Positions 46,493-57,283 are shown, counted from the stretch's first letter. The stretch: 64,000 bases of DNA from Thermoleophilia bacterium (GCA_041393415.1 JAWKKE010000001.1:327608-391607); one strand, 5' to 3'. Notes: generated by a model not told the origin, from the letters alone. Numbers and translations are program-made.

Positions 46493-47368
46493 GTGTCGCG
46501 CCGCGGCTGGCTTCTCTTCATTGCCCTCTGCATCGCTTGGGGCATCCCCTACATGTTCACGGCCATCGCCGTGCGCGAAGTGCACCCCGCCACGCTGGTC
46601 TTCTTGCGCACGGTGCCGGCCGTTCTTCTCGTGGCGCCGCTCGGGTTGCGCCGCCGTGAGCTCCAGCCGCTGCGGCAATACTGGCGCTGGATCGTGATCT
46701 ACACCCTCATTCAACTGATCGTTCCGGGGCTTCTGTTGGCGCACGCCCAGCAACGCATCACCAGTTCGCTTGCGGGCTTGCTCGTCGCCTCAGTGCCGCT
46801 CATCGCGGCCGTGCTCTTTCGCAAGGCCGGCGGCGAGGAGATCTACGATTGGCGCCGCAGTGTCGGACTCATCCTTGGATTCGCCGGCGTCGCCGCATTG
46901 GTGGGTCTGGACCTGGGAGCCAGCGATCCCCTGGCCACTGCCGAGGTCGGTGTCGTCGCCCTCTGCTGGGCGACCGGCCCCTACCTCGTAAGCCACCAGC
47001 TTCGCACAGCGCCAACCATGGGCGTTACCCTGGCCTCTCTGGCGCTCGCCACCGTGCTCCTCGCACCTGCCGCGGCCCTCTGGCCACCGTACCCCATCTC
47101 GAGTTCGACCATCGTGGCCGTGCTCGTGCTCGGAGTCGTCAGCACGGGATTGGCGCTCCTGTTGTTCTTCAGTCTGGTGCGCGAGGCCGGTCCCTCGCGC
47201 ACCACGATCGTGCAGTATGTGAATCCGCTGGTCGCAGTGCTGCTCGGGGTCGCAGTTCTCGACGAACCGTTCACAGCAGGCATCGCTCTCGGCATGCCTC
47301 TCGTGCTCGTCGGCTCGATCCTGGCGACGGCGCGTCCCCGGCAGTCGGCCGCCGGCCCGGGGGCCTAG
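46493..47368 (+). CDS. EamA/DMT-family transporter
   Basis: GTG start. 10 TM helices in two EamA-like halves ([22 protein letters not shown]... / [28 protein letters not shown]). Confidence 0.7.
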   Translation: MSRRGWLLFIALCIAWGIPYMFTAIAVREVHPATLVFLRTVPAVLLVAPLGLRRRELQPLRQYWRWIVIYTLIQLIVPGLLLAHAQQRITSSLAGLLVASVPLIAAVLFRKAGGEEIYDWRRSVGLILGFAGVAALVGLDLGASDPLATAEVGVVALCWATGPYLVSHQLRTAPTMGVTLASLALATVLLAPAAALWPPYPISSSTIVAVLVLGVVSTGLALLLFFSLVREAGPSRTTIVQYVNPLVAVLLGVAVLDEPFTAGIALGMPLVLVGSILATARPRQSAAGPGA

Positions 47369-48477
47369 TCGATGAAGCCGCGCAGCGACTGCGCGGCGCG
47401 ATACGCCTTGAGTTTGGCGAGCGTCTTCGCCTCGATCTGACGAATGCGCTCGCGCGTGACGCCGAACTCGACGCCGACCTCCTCGAGCGTCTTGGGGTGA
47501 CCGCCGGCCAACCCGTAGCGCAGCTCGATGACCTTGCGTTCACGTTGCGTAAGCAGGTCGAGGACGCGTTCCAACTCTTCGCGTTGGACGATCTCGTCGA
47601 CCTCTTCGACCGGCGACGGAGCTTCCTTGTCCTCGATGAAGTCGCCGAGCATAGTGTCGCCCTCGTCACCGATAGGCGTGTGAAGGCTCGTCGGTTCTTG
47701 GCTGATCTTGAGCATTTCGCGCACTTTGTCTGGAGTCATGCCCATCTCGGCCGCGATCTCTTCCGGCGTCGGCTCGCGGCCGATGTCTTGCAGCAACTGA
47801 CGCTGCACGCGAATCAACTTGTTGATGTTCTCGACCATGTGCACCGGGATGCGGATGGTACGCGCCTGGTCGGCCAGAGCACGTGTGATCGCCTGGCGGA
47901 TCCACCAGGTTGCGTACGTCGAGAACTTGAAGCCGCGCTTGTAGTCGAACTTCTCAACCGCGCGGATGAGACCGAGATTACCCTCCTGGATCAGGTCCAG
48001 AAGCGACATGCCACGGCCGGTGTGTCGCCGAGCGATCGAGACCACGAGACGCAGGTTCGCCTCGATGAGCTGCCGCTTGGCCTCCATGTCCTTGCGCTCG
48101 ATGCGCCGCGCCAGCGAGACCTCCTGTTCGGCAGTCAGCAGCGGCACCTTGCCCATCTCGCTGAAGTACATGCGTACTGGGTCGCTGGACGGCGACTTAA
48201 CAGAGAGGTCGAGTTTGAGTGAACCTTCATCTTCGCCCACGGTCTCGGTCTCAGCTGCGTGCCCCTCACTATCGATGATGTCGATTCCGAGGTCAGCAAA
48301 CACGGCGTGAATCTCTTCGATCTGCTCCACCGTGAGTTCAAGATCACCGAGTGCTGCGGCGATTTGGGGCGCCTTCAGGTACCCTTGTTCGCGACCCTCG
48401 TCGAGCAGCGCCTGGACCTCGTCCAGAGCGAGCACGCCGAGTTCTCCCTGTGGGGTGCGGTCTTCAGATTCGGTCAC
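47365..48477 (-). CDS. sigA: Principal-type RNA polymerase sigma-70 factor (SigA/HrdB-like)
   Basis: Region 2 [16 protein letters not shown], region 3, region 4 [27 protein letters not shown], and region 1.2 present. 370 aa. Confidence 0.85.
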   Translation of the reverse strand: MTESEDRTPQGELGVLALDEVQALLDEGREQGYLKAPQIAAALGDLELTVEQIEEIHAVFADLGIDIIDSEGHAAETETVGEDEGSLKLDLSVKSPSSDPVRMYFSEMGKVPLLTAEQEVSLARRIERKDMEAKRQLIEANLRLVVSIARRHTGRGMSLLDLIQEGNLGLIRAVEKFDYKRGFKFSTYATWWIRQAITRALADQARTIRIPVHMVENINKLIRVQRQLLQDIGREPTPEEIAAEMGMTPDKVREMLKISQEPTSLHTPIGDEGDTMLGDFIEDKEAPSPVEEVDEIVQREELERVLDLLTQRERKVIELRYGLAGGHPKTLEEVGVEFGVTRERIRQIEAKTLAKLKAYRAAQSLRGFID

Positions 48478-48615
48478 GCGTCGTCACCTGCCACGAAGTG
48501 ATTGAGGAGTAAACAAGTTATGCTAGCAAAGTAGATTGTGCCCACGCAAGCACGGTAGAGAAACAACACCCCCCGTGCTGCGTACACTGTGACGCACCGC
48601 AAGAAGGAGGGCAAG

Positions 48616-48990
48616 ATGGGGAACTGGCAGCTTCTCGATTACCCGAACGGTCGCACCGCGCAAGAGGCTCCCTCAGCGGCCATGCGGCGCCTCCTCGCGG
48701 GGCAGCCGGCCTACCTACTTCACGATCAAGTCGTGTTCGCCCTGAGCATGGAGACGCGTGAGGAAGACGGAGTTCGCGAGCGCACACTCGTCCTCGACGC
48801 GGTTGCCGCGCTGGGTGATCTCGGACACAGCGACCTGACCCGGATGCGCGAACGCGGGCCGTTTCGCAGCAACGCTCTGCGCCTGCCCGTATTCGCCGAC
48901 GCCGGCGCAACCACTCAAGTTGCCGGCCTGCTAACCGAACGAGCCGGCCAAGCCTTCCTCGATCAGGTCCACGACGACCTTCACAAGTAG
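48616..48990 (+). CDS. Hypothetical protein (124 aa)
   Basis: ATG 48616 preceded by AAGGAGG. No recognised domain. Divergent from sigA. Confidence 0.5.
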   Translation: MGNWQLLDYPNGRTAQEAPSAAMRRLLAGQPAYLLHDQVVFALSMETREEDGVRERTLVLDAVAALGDLGHSDLTRMRERGPFRSNALRLPVFADAGATTQVAGLLTERAGQAFLDQVHDDLHK

Positions 48991-49083
48991 CGCCAGCGCA
49001 CTCGCCGTTTGCCTCACTCCCCGCCCGGGAAGCTCACGACTACCACCCGGGCGGGCGGCAAAGTCAACTGCGAGGAGGCGCTC

Positions 49084-49938
49084 ATGCCCCGGCCCATATG
49101 GAAAGGCGCCATCAGCTTCGGACTCGTCAATGTTCCCGTGGCGCTCTTCCCCGCCGAGAGCCGCGACACGCTGCGCTTTCGCCAACTAGACCGCAGCACC
49201 CTCTCGCCGGTTCGCGAGCAGCGCGTCAACGAACAGACCGGGCGAGAAGTCGCGTGGGCCGACATCGTCAAGGGATACGAGTACGAGCCAACGCATTTCG
49301 TCGTCGTCAGCGACGAGGAACTGGAGACTCTGGATCCCCGGGCGTCGCACACCATCGCCATCGAGACATTCGTCGCCGCCGCCGAGATCGACCCGCAGTA
49401 CTACGATCGCCCCTACTACGTGGCCCCTACCCGCGGCGGTGAGAAGGGTTACGCCTTACTGCGCGAAGCCCTCAAGCGCAGCGACCGAGTCGCTATCGCC
49501 AAGGTTGTGATTCGCACCAAGGAGTATCTCGCCGCCGTGGTCCCAGTTGGCAAGCTGCTCCTGCTCGAACTCCTGCGCTACGCACACGAGTTGCGCGACA
49601 GCGCCGACCTCGAGATCCCCGACACAGACTTGGAGGCACTCGGCGTCAAAGACAAGGAACTCGTGCTCGCCGAGCAACTCATTGCAGCCATGGTCGAACC
49701 GTGGCGGCCTGAGCAATACCGAGACGGGTATCGTGACGACATCCTCGACCTCGTGCGACGCAAGGTCGAAGCCGCGCCGCCGCCCACTCCCCCTCCCGAG
49801 TCGGACGAGACAGCCCCGGCGCAGGTCATCGACATCATGAGTCTCCTGAAAGAGAGCGTCCGGCGCTGGCAAGACGAGCGCACGGCGGCCGCCCCACCCA
49901 CGTTTGGATCGACCGCCGCTCGGCTACACGAAGAGTGA
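49084..49938 (+). CDS. ku: Non-homologous end-joining protein Ku
   Basis: Starts MPRPIWKGAISFGLVNVPVALFPAESRDTLRFRQL (canonical bacterial Ku N-terminus). 284 aa. Confidence 0.9.
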   Translation: MPRPIWKGAISFGLVNVPVALFPAESRDTLRFRQLDRSTLSPVREQRVNEQTGREVAWADIVKGYEYEPTHFVVVSDEELETLDPRASHTIAIETFVAAAEIDPQYYDRPYYVAPTRGGEKGYALLREALKRSDRVAIAKVVIRTKEYLAAVVPVGKLLLLELLRYAHELRDSADLEIPDTDLEALGVKDKELVLAEQLIAAMVEPWRPEQYRDGYRDDILDLVRRKVEAAPPPTPPPESDETAPAQVIDIMSLLKESVRRWQDERTAAAPPTFGSTAARLHEE

Positions 49939-49970
49939 GTGAGGAAGGTGGTCCGCCGCAGGAGGCGGTC

Positions 49971-50270
49971 ATGATAGGCACTACAAAACGAACGACAGAT
50001 CACGCCACCATCAGGCGATGGGCCGAAGAACGCGGCGCCAGCCCGGCGGCGGTCAAGGGCTACGGGCCAGGACGCGAGGCCAGCGGCCTGCGACTGGACT
50101 TCCCGGACGTGCACGGCATCTGGCTCGAGGAGATCACCTGGGACGAATTCTTCCGGCGCTTCGAGGACCAGGCGCTCGAGTTCTTCTATCAAGACGTCGA
50201 TCGCGAGGGTGAGCGCAGTAACTTCTTCAGGCTCATCAATCGCGGCAACGGCCAGCAGAGAGCCGCGTAG
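49971..50270 (+). CDS. Conserved hypothetical protein (99 aa)
   Basis: ATG 49971 preceded by GGAGG. Reads MIGTTKRTTDHATIRRWAEERGASPAAVKG. A small conserved actinobacterial family, name not recalled. Confidence 0.5.
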   Translation: MIGTTKRTTDHATIRRWAEERGASPAAVKGYGPGREASGLRLDFPDVHGIWLEEITWDEFFRRFEDQALEFFYQDVDREGERSNFFRLINRGNGQQRAA

Positions 50271-50466
50271 AGACCGTTGCCGCGCGCGTCCGACATGTCT
50301 CATCGCGCGCGACAAGACGCGGACGCGGGCCGCCGATAGCCAACTGCGAGCCCCGTGCGCGACGAACGAGCGACCGGCGACCAACGCCGGTCTGCTGTCA
50401 TCCGCGCAGACTCGAGCGTACGATACGCATCGTAAACTGACCAACGTGCACCCAGGAGGTTCGCCC

Positions 50467-51027
50467 GTGCGCCGCATCGTCGCTCTCGCCGCCCTGCTTC
50501 TCGCCATCGTCGCGCTCGCCGCCGGAGGCTGCTCGTCCGCTTCCGACACATCGAGCGACGACGCAACGTCCGCCGGCGAGAGTGCAACGACACCGGCACA
50601 GATCACGCTGCCCGACGGCTGGACGATGACCGACGCCATCTCGGCCGAAGAGGTCGGCGCTATCACAGGCGAGACGATGGAAGTCTTCCCGGAGGCCTCG
50701 TCGGCGGCGCAATCGGGCAGGCCGGCGGGCGGCTTCGTCATCGCCGGCACGGCCGACTCCAAGATCTACTTCGGCGTCGACGTACAGGGCGGCGAATCCG
50801 GCTTCGAGTTGCAGAAGAGCTATGCCACCTCGGACTCAGTCGAGGAAGTCAGCGGCCTCGGCGACAAGGCATTCGTGTGCACGTTCTCCGATGGTCGCGC
50901 CGGAATCGTCGTTCTCAGCGGCGAAGCTGTGGTGCGCGTCGACTGGAACCCCGCCGTGTACACCGAGGATCCAAGCACATTTGGCAGCCAGCTCGCCGGC
51001 AAGCTGCTCGAGAACATGTACAAGTAG
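50467..51027 (+). CDS. Putative lipoprotein
   Basis: GTG 50467. Signal peptide plus lipobox LAAGGC, Ser/Thr/Asp-rich linker. Confidence 0.55.
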   Translation: MRRIVALAALLLAIVALAAGGCSSASDTSSDDATSAGESATTPAQITLPDGWTMTDAISAEEVGAITGETMEVFPEASSAAQSGRPAGGFVIAGTADSKIYFGVDVQGGESGFELQKSYATSDSVEEVSGLGDKAFVCTFSDGRAGIVVLSGEAVVRVDWNPAVYTEDPSTFGSQLAGKLLENMYK

Positions 51028-51083
51028 GCAGCCGCGCTGCGAGGGGGCGGGGGCGCCACGTGGCGCCCCCGCCCCCTCGCTGT

Positions 51084-51881
51084 TCATGAAGCCGGAGCGG
51101 CCTGCGCCAGAAAGCTCGTCACTTCGGTCGTGAAGACCTCCGGTGCGCGCATCGGGATGTAGTGATCGGTCTCCGGCAGTACCATCGCGATCGCATGACG
51201 CACACGCGTCGCCACACGCTGGGCCGCCGCCTGGGCCGCCCGTTCGTCACGATCACCCCAGATCACCAGCGCCGGCGTGTCGATCTCGCGCACACGCGGG
51301 TCCACGGACACATCGCCGATCTCCAGGCGACGGTTGGGAATCTGCGTGAGCATGGTGATGTTGTCGTGCACCATGGCACAGATCTCAGCATCGATCTCCG
51401 CCTCGGTGCGCAAAGGGCACCAGATGTCGAGGTAGAGATCGGCGGCCCGCGACGGGCGACCGGCGACCAGTAGCGTGAAGACCTCGGCAGCACGCAGATC
51501 GAGCAGTCCGTCGCTGTGATCGTAGACGGACAGCGACGCGGCGACGACCGCCCACACACGATCGGGACGCTCGAGGACGAAGTCGAGAGCGAGCGTCCCG
51601 CCAAGCGCGCAGCCCACAACCGCGACACGCTCGATACCGAGCGCGTTGAGCAAGCACTCGATGACTGCACTGGGCTGCCACGAACCCGACGGGTAGGGAG
51701 TACGCCCGGATCCCGGGAGCTCGAGGCGAATCGTGTGAAAACGGTCGGTGAAAGCCGTCCACTGGGCATCCCACATACGACTGTCGGCGGCCTCCCCGTG
51801 GAGCAGCAGAATCGAGGGACCCTCCCCGGCCTCCTCATACCACAGACGCCCGCCGCCGACGTCGACGTAGCCAACACTCAC
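51084..51881 (-). CDS. Alpha/beta hydrolase fold protein
   Basis: HG-motif ILLLHGEAADS, nucleophile elbow VVGCALGG, C-terminal His region. Start set at GTG 51881 to avoid a 127-nt overlap with the upstream gene; the track ORF extends to 52061. Confidence 0.6.
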   Translation of the reverse strand: MSVGYVDVGGGRLWYEEAGEGPSILLLHGEAADSRMWDAQWTAFTDRFHTIRLELPGSGRTPYPSGSWQPSAVIECLLNALGIERVAVVGCALGGTLALDFVLERPDRVWAVVAASLSVYDHSDGLLDLRAAEVFTLLVAGRPSRAADLYLDIWCPLRTEAEIDAEICAMVHDNITMLTQIPNRRLEIGDVSVDPRVREIDTPALVIWGDRDERAAQAAAQRVATRVRHAIAMVLPETDHYIPMRAPEVFTTEVTSFLAQAAPAS

Positions 51882-51934
51882 GACGCGACTCCCTCCATGA
51901 TTGCGTGCAGGGAGTCTATCCCACGTCCGGCGCT

Positions 51935-52345
51935 CTACGCCGTGAGCCGTTTCCCCATACGCACGCGCGAACCCGTCGCATACGTGCTCACCTCTAGCAC
52001 GTCCATGAGCGCCCGCATGAGAAACAGACCGCGTCCGTTGGTCGACTCCAGCGGCGGGCACTCGATGCGCTCCACACGTGCGGGCGCCGGACCGCGACCG
52101 GCGTCGGACACATCCACCCAGACGTACTCGTCATCCACGTGCATGTACACGTTGACCGGACGTGCCGCCGCGTCGCTCGACCGCAGGGAGTTGGCAACCG
52201 CCTCCTGTGTGGCGACGACAACGTCCGCCAGAACGCGGTTGTCGGCGCGAGAGGAGAGTGCCGCGCGCAGCGACACACGCATGGCGTGCAACTCCGCGGT
52301 ATCACGAAGCTCGCGCGTCACCAGCGTCCTGCTGCCCATCTGCAC
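51935..52345 (-). CDS. Anti-sigma regulatory factor, RsbW-like Ser kinase (HATPase_c_2)
   Basis: 136 aa with ATQEAVANSL...VDVSDAGRGPAP...NGRGLFLMRALMDVLEV (GHKL ATPase N/G-box-like motifs). Confidence 0.65.
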   Translation of the reverse strand: MQMGSRTLVTRELRDTAELHAMRVSLRAALSSRADNRVLADVVVATQEAVANSLRSSDAAARPVNVYMHVDDEYVWVDVSDAGRGPAPARVERIECPPLESTNGRGLFLMRALMDVLEVSTYATGSRVRMGKRLTA

Positions 52346-52492
52346 GAACCTCCTGTACTCATCCCCCAGATCGACGACGGCACGAAGAGTCTTGAGCGTT
52401 TCTGCGACGCCTCTCCGCGATCTTCTCGCCTTCTGTGCGCCTTCCTACCCGCATGCGTCGGATCCACACGTCCGGACGCGGACGCGCTGCGG

Positions 52493-55400
52493 TCACACGT
52501 CTGCCACAGCAGAACGCGCGACGGCGAGGAGTGCCAGGTCGTCGGTGAGCAAACCGTCGGTGAAATCGACCACTGCGGCGGCGACGCGTTGCACCGCAGT
52601 CACAGGGTCGAGCATGGCGGCTTCGTTGAACAGCGCCCTCAGCCGCGGCTCACCGAACAGCACCCCCATCGCCCGCGCCTCGATGAGACCGTCGGTGTAG
52701 AGAAAGAGAAGCTCGTCGGGAGCGAGCGTTGTCTCCGCTCCAGCGAAGGCCATGTCGGGAAACGCACCGACCACCGGGCCCGTGGGATCGAGTTCGTCAA
52801 CCGTCCCGTCGCGACGCATGACGAAGGCCGGCGTGTGTCCGGCGTTGCAGTACGCAAGACGCCCGCCACGATCATCGATTACGCCGAAGAACACGGAGGA
52901 GAAGACCTCGGGCGCAGAGGCGCGCAGGAGCACTTCGTTGACCGCGCGCATCACCTCGGCGGGCGACTTCTCGCGCTCCACTGCCTGCGCGCGCAGAGCG
53001 TTCTTCACCACCGAGGTGGTTACCGCGGCCTCGAGCCCCTTGCCGGACACGTCGCCGACGACAACGCCGACGACCCCCTTGGTCAACTCGAAGAGATCGT
53101 AGAAGTCGCCGCCTACCCGCGCCGCGACGGTGGCCGAGTGGTAGGCATGAGCGAAGTGGAAGCCCGGGATGCTCTCGGGCATAGCCAGTAACGCCCCCTG
53201 CAGAGTCTCGGCAATCGTATGCTCGTTGGCGAACAAGCGTGCATTCTGGAGCGCCAGCGAGACCGAGAGCGCGAGGCGAGTGGCAAACGTCACCTCGCGC
53301 TCCGAGAAGCTGGCCACCTCTCCTTTGTTATACACGAGAACGCCGACCACTTCGTCGCCGATCGCGAGCGGCACCGTCAAGACAGCACGTACCCCCGGTG
53401 GACGCGAAGATCCGGCCATGGCGCGGTGATCACCGAGGATATCGTCGAGTACGACCGGACCGCGACGGCGGCGCGCCTCTACCATGAACGGCACTTCCTC
53501 GTCTGGCCAGGCGCGTCCCACAAGGTCGATCGCGTAGCCGTGCTGGTAGCGCACGACCCAACGTGATCGCTCGGCGAGCGCAATCACACCAGAGGTCGCG
53601 TGCACCGCCCGGCCGCCGGACTCGAGCGCACCGGCGAGAATCGCGTCGCTGTCGAGGGTTGAGTGCAGCAGTCTGCCGGCCTCGTCGAGCGCCTCACCGA
53701 ACTGCGCCTCTTCACGTTCCTTCTCGAAGAGCGCCGTATTGTAGATGGCGATCGCCGCCTGGTCGGCAATCCCTTGCGCCAAGCTCACATCACGACGTGT
53801 GAACCCCCACCGCTGATTGGCGTGATCGATCGTCAGGAGGCCGATCGTCCGTCCGCGCGTCACCAACGGCGCGACGACGCTGATCCGCATCCCCCAACTC
53901 AACGAGACGGATCCTTCCGAGAGAGGTATGGCTTCGTAGTCCACCAGCGCAGCTCGGCCGCTCTCCAGCGAGCGCCGCGCAGGACCGGAGAAGTCGTCGA
54001 GCGCAAAGATGGTGCCGACGGAGAAGGGATGCTCGCCGGCCGCAGCGACGATCGTCATCTCTTCGGCGTCGCTCAACAACGAGATCGTCACGCGAGCGTC
54101 ACCGAAGCTCCGCGTGAGCGTCCGTGCCACGGTATCGAGCAACTGGCGCGAGTCTGTCTGCGAGGCGAAGGCGCCGGCGATCGTCAGGAGCATCTGCGAG
54201 ATCTCGAGTTCGCGCGCGGCGCGCCGCTGAGCATCCACCTCAGCGTCGAACAGCCGCGCGTTCTCGATCGCCGTGGCGGCCTGGTCGGCGATCGCCTCAA
54301 CAGCCTGGATCTCGTCTGGGCGAAAGCCGGCGCGCGCCGCCGGCGCCTCGAGAATCAGAAGGCCGACGAGCTTGCCTCGCGACGCGATCGGAACGTAGAG
54401 GCCATACCGCGGCGCGAAGCAATCGCCGAGGAAGTAGAGACGATCGTCTGGTCGCGCCTCGTAGTCGACGACCAGGGTGCTCGGAGCAGAGAAGATCCCG
54501 AGCACGTCACCAGACAGACTATCGAGCGGCGCATCGCCGCGCGCCAGGGGCGCGATTCCAGTCGAGGCGGCGATGTGCAGCATCGTGTTCGCCGCCTCGA
54601 AGAGAGCAATACTGACACGGGAGCCGGGAGCCGAGAGCAAGAGCACCTCGGAGAGCCGGTCGAGCATAGGAGCGAGATCCGTCCACTCGGTGAGCACCTT
54701 CGAGGCGCGCAGGAGCAGATCCGCGAGCTCAAGTTGTGTGTTCAGGGCGTCATAGAGACGCGCATTCTGCAGCGCGCCGCCCAAGACCGAACCCAGCTTG
54801 TCGAGAAAGTCCAACTCCGGCTCGCTGAACTCGCGCCGCGATGCGGTTACGAACACCACGGCCCCGAGGCCTACGCCTCCGGCGACAAGCGACGTTCCCA
54901 CTGTACACAGCGGTCTGTCCGCTGAGTCGACGAAACCGTGCGAGAGCGCGCTGCAGACGGCGCGCGCGCCCCCGACCGTTCGCAGGAGAGTCGCACACGA
55001 CAGAGTGCGCTGCCGTGTCGGTTCGTCGCACTCCTCGTCGATGAGCAGCGACCAGTGCTCGTCGCTGCAGAGCCACACTGCCGCGAACGTCACATCCAAG
55101 GCTTCGGCGGCTCGCTGCGCCGCGTGAGCGATGGCGTCCGCAGGCTCCCTCACCTCGCGAACGGTGTCGTTGACGACATCGAGCACGAGACTGAGCTCGC
55201 CGGCGCGCTGCAGCAGACGTCTCTGCCGCCTGCGCTCCTCGGCAAGCCGCGATCGCTGCAGAGCGAGGCCGAGCAGATCGGCCAGAGTATGAAAGAACGC
55301 CACATCCTCGGCGTTGACGTCGCGGGGGCGGCAGAAGGCAAGCGTAAGAACACCGAGTCGCGTCTCGCCCACGGCAACAGGCACAGCGATCTGACGATCC

Positions 55401-56782
55401 GCGACGCTCTGTTCCGATGCTGTACCGTGAGTCGCCATGCAGAGCAACTCATCGCTGCCCTCCACAAAGCAGTCGACGCTGCCGGATTCCAGCCCCAAAT
55501 GCGTCGCGAGAGCGTCGAGCACAGCCGCAGCCGCCTGCTCCGGAACGTCTGCCCCGGCGGCGGCTACGTCGGCAAGAACACGAGCGCGCGCCCACGAGAG
55601 CTCGAGCTGGGCCGAAGCTCGGGCTCGCTCGAGTTCCTCGCTGACAACCGTCGCCAGCATTGCCAGTGCCCTGGACTCGTCGCCAGAGTAGTCGCGATCA
55701 CTGCGACCGACGGCAATCTCGCGATAGGGTCCGCCGGACACGGCCAGCGGCGCGCGAAGCGCGAACGCGTACGGCCAGTCGCGCCGCTCCATCCCGCCAT
55801 CCGTCACGTATCCGGCGGTGCTGGTCAGCGCCCGTGCGACGACGCTCCCGCACGCACGCGCCGATTCAGCAATGTCCTGGCGCGCACGCATGACCGCACG
55901 GATCTCGGTCATCGCCATCAGCGTCGCCCTCAATACCGCGTTGCCGGCACGTTCGCGCTCGTGCTCCGCCTCGGAGATCTTGCGCTGACTGACCTCGACC
56001 AGCACGACAGCGATACCCACGCTGACGGGGAGCACTCGGACCTCGAACCAGGCATGCCACCTCTCCACGTAGAGCTCGATGGACGTCTTGTTGCCCTCGT
56101 CCATGGCGGCACGCAAGGACGACTCGTAGTCGGCGTCAGAGAGCTCCGGGAGCAGTTCGAATAGCGTGCGTCCTTGCAGAGGCTCGCCGGTAGACCTCAG
56201 GTACGCCAGCAGCGCCTCGTTGACGCTGAGCAGCCGCCAGTCCCAGTCCAGCAGCGCAAACCCGTCATCGCACGTCTCCAGAACGTCGGCCAGACTCGTT
56301 CTCAGGTCATTCCGCGCGGTCTGTACCGCCGACTGGACACCATCGGAAGTTCCGCCCGCGAGGAGACGTTTGCGCATCAGCACCTCAGTGCCGCCATCAA
56401 AGCGAAAATCGACGTGGTCGACGAGGCGCCCGATAAGAAAGAGACCACGACCGCCAAGACTCGCCAGATCCGGCGTCTCGTCGAGTGGGAAGAGAGACGG
56501 ATCGAAGCCCTGACCGTCGTCGCGCACCGAGATGACGAGTTCTTTGGCGTCGCAGTGCAGGCCGACTTCGATGGCTCCGGCACCCAGACTGTGGCTGAGA
56601 GCGTTAGTTGCCGCTTCCATCACGGCGAGGACAACTGCGTCACTCGCCTCTTCGTCCATCGGCAACTGCCGCAAGAAATCACGGATGCGGTCACGGGCGC
56701 GCGGCAGACGTGCGGCATCGCGCGCCAGAGTGAACTCAAGACGAATGTGGGGACCGTCCGCGCTCGTGTCTGAAGGACTCAC
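52493..56782 (-). CDS. Multidomain partner-switching sensor protein: N-terminal HATPase (RsbW-like), PAS, several GAF domains, C-terminal PP2C/SpoIIE phosphatase (1429 aa)
   Basis: N-terminus ASDAVVLAVMEAATNALSHS...SVRDDGQGFDP...GGRGLFLIGRLVDHV (HATPase). Middle has repeated GAF-like segments. C-terminal PP2C motifs GGDFYDLF and VVGDVSGKGLEAAV. Confidence 0.7.
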   Translation of the reverse strand: MSPSDTSADGPHIRLEFTLARDAARLPRARDRIRDFLRQLPMDEEASDAVVLAVMEAATNALSHSLGAGAIEVGLHCDAKELVISVRDDGQGFDPSLFPLDETPDLASLGGRGLFLIGRLVDHVDFRFDGGTEVLMRKRLLAGGTSDGVQSAVQTARNDLRTSLADVLETCDDGFALLDWDWRLLSVNEALLAYLRSTGEPLQGRTLFELLPELSDADYESSLRAAMDEGNKTSIELYVERWHAWFEVRVLPVSVGIAVVLVEVSQRKISEAEHERERAGNAVLRATLMAMTEIRAVMRARQDIAESARACGSVVARALTSTAGYVTDGGMERRDWPYAFALRAPLAVSGGPYREIAVGRSDRDYSGDESRALAMLATVVSEELERARASAQLELSWARARVLADVAAAGADVPEQAAAAVLDALATHLGLESGSVDCFVEGSDELLCMATHGTASEQSVADRQIAVPVAVGETRLGVLTLAFCRPRDVNAEDVAFFHTLADLLGLALQRSRLAEERRRQRRLLQRAGELSLVLDVVNDTVREVREPADAIAHAAQRAAEALDVTFAAVWLCSDEHWSLLIDEECDEPTRQRTLSCATLLRTVGGARAVCSALSHGFVDSADRPLCTVGTSLVAGGVGLGAVVFVTASRREFSEPELDFLDKLGSVLGGALQNARLYDALNTQLELADLLLRASKVLTEWTDLAPMLDRLSEVLLLSAPGSRVSIALFEAANTMLHIAASTGIAPLARGDAPLDSLSGDVLGIFSAPSTLVVDYEARPDDRLYFLGDCFAPRYGLYVPIASRGKLVGLLILEAPAARAGFRPDEIQAVEAIADQAATAIENARLFDAEVDAQRRAARELEISQMLLTIAGAFASQTDSRQLLDTVARTLTRSFGDARVTISLLSDAEEMTIVAAAGEHPFSVGTIFALDDFSGPARRSLESGRAALVDYEAIPLSEGSVSLSWGMRISVVAPLVTRGRTIGLLTIDHANQRWGFTRRDVSLAQGIADQAAIAIYNTALFEKEREEAQFGEALDEAGRLLHSTLDSDAILAGALESGGRAVHATSGVIALAERSRWVVRYQHGYAIDLVGRAWPDEEVPFMVEARRRRGPVVLDDILGDHRAMAGSSRPPGVRAVLTVPLAIGDEVVGVLVYNKGEVASFSEREVTFATRLALSVSLALQNARLFANEHTIAETLQGALLAMPESIPGFHFAHAYHSATVAARVGGDFYDLFELTKGVVGVVVGDVSGKGLEAAVTTSVVKNALRAQAVEREKSPAEVMRAVNEVLLRASAPEVFSSVFFGVIDDRGGRLAYCNAGHTPAFVMRRDGTVDELDPTGPVVGAFPDMAFAGAETTLAPDELLFLYTDGLIEARAMGVLFGEPRLRALFNEAAMLDPVTAVQRVAAAVVDFTDGLLTDDLALLAVARSAVADV

Positions 56783-56863
56783 CGTTCGCTGAAACCGTTC
56801 CTGGGGGGCCGCTGCAGGCCTAGTCTAACGCCGCCGCCTCCACGCTACGGCAACGCGCGACGG

Positions 56864-57283
56864 CTAGTCGAAGCAGCGGTAGCGGAACACCTCCGCGCCC
56901 GACTCGCTCGAAAGGTCAACACCCTTCGGCGTCAGCAGGAGGATGCTCTCGCCAATGCGATACATGTTCCCGTCCAGCGCGTACGCGAGGCCGGCACAGA
57001 AATCCACGACGCGCTCGATCAACGCTCGATCGCGAGCGTGGACGTCGACGATCACGGGGACACTCGACTTGAGACGGTTGCCGATACTCTCCACATCGTC
57101 GAAGGCGTGCGGCACCGCAAGAAAGAAATCGCGCGAGGTCTGACGCACGAGCACGAGCGTGTGCGCCCCGTCGTGTTCCTCGGCGTGGTCCTCGTAGTGC
57201 TCGTAGCGTTCGTCGTCGTACTCATCCTGATCGCCGCCGCCGAAGTAACCGACGGCCTTGCGCAACGATTGACCCACACCCAT
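56864..57283 (-). CDS. sepF: Cell division protein SepF (DUF552)
   Basis: 139 aa. Acidic N-terminal linker then conserved C-terminal domain PVIVDVHARDRALIERVVDFCAGLAYALDGNMYRIGESILLLTPKGV. Confidence 0.75.
   Translation of the reverse strand: MGVGQSLRKAVGYFGGGDQDEYDDERYEHYEDHAEEHDGAHTLVLVRQTSRDFFLAVPHAFDDVESIGNRLKSSVPVIVDVHARDRALIERVVDFCAGLAYALDGNMYRIGESILLLTPKGVDLSSESGAEVFRYRCFD

Noticed and set aside
45395-46753. 452-aa minus-strand ORF and other long antisense or overlapping ORFs (e.g. 36615..37838, 38063..39124, 43846..45036, 45103..46422, 53663..54925, 54938..56164, 62729..63682)
   Set aside because: They overlap, on the opposite strand or in another frame, genes with clear conserved-domain content. 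Their products are Arg/Gly/Ala-rich without motifs. This is expected for ~68% GC DNA.
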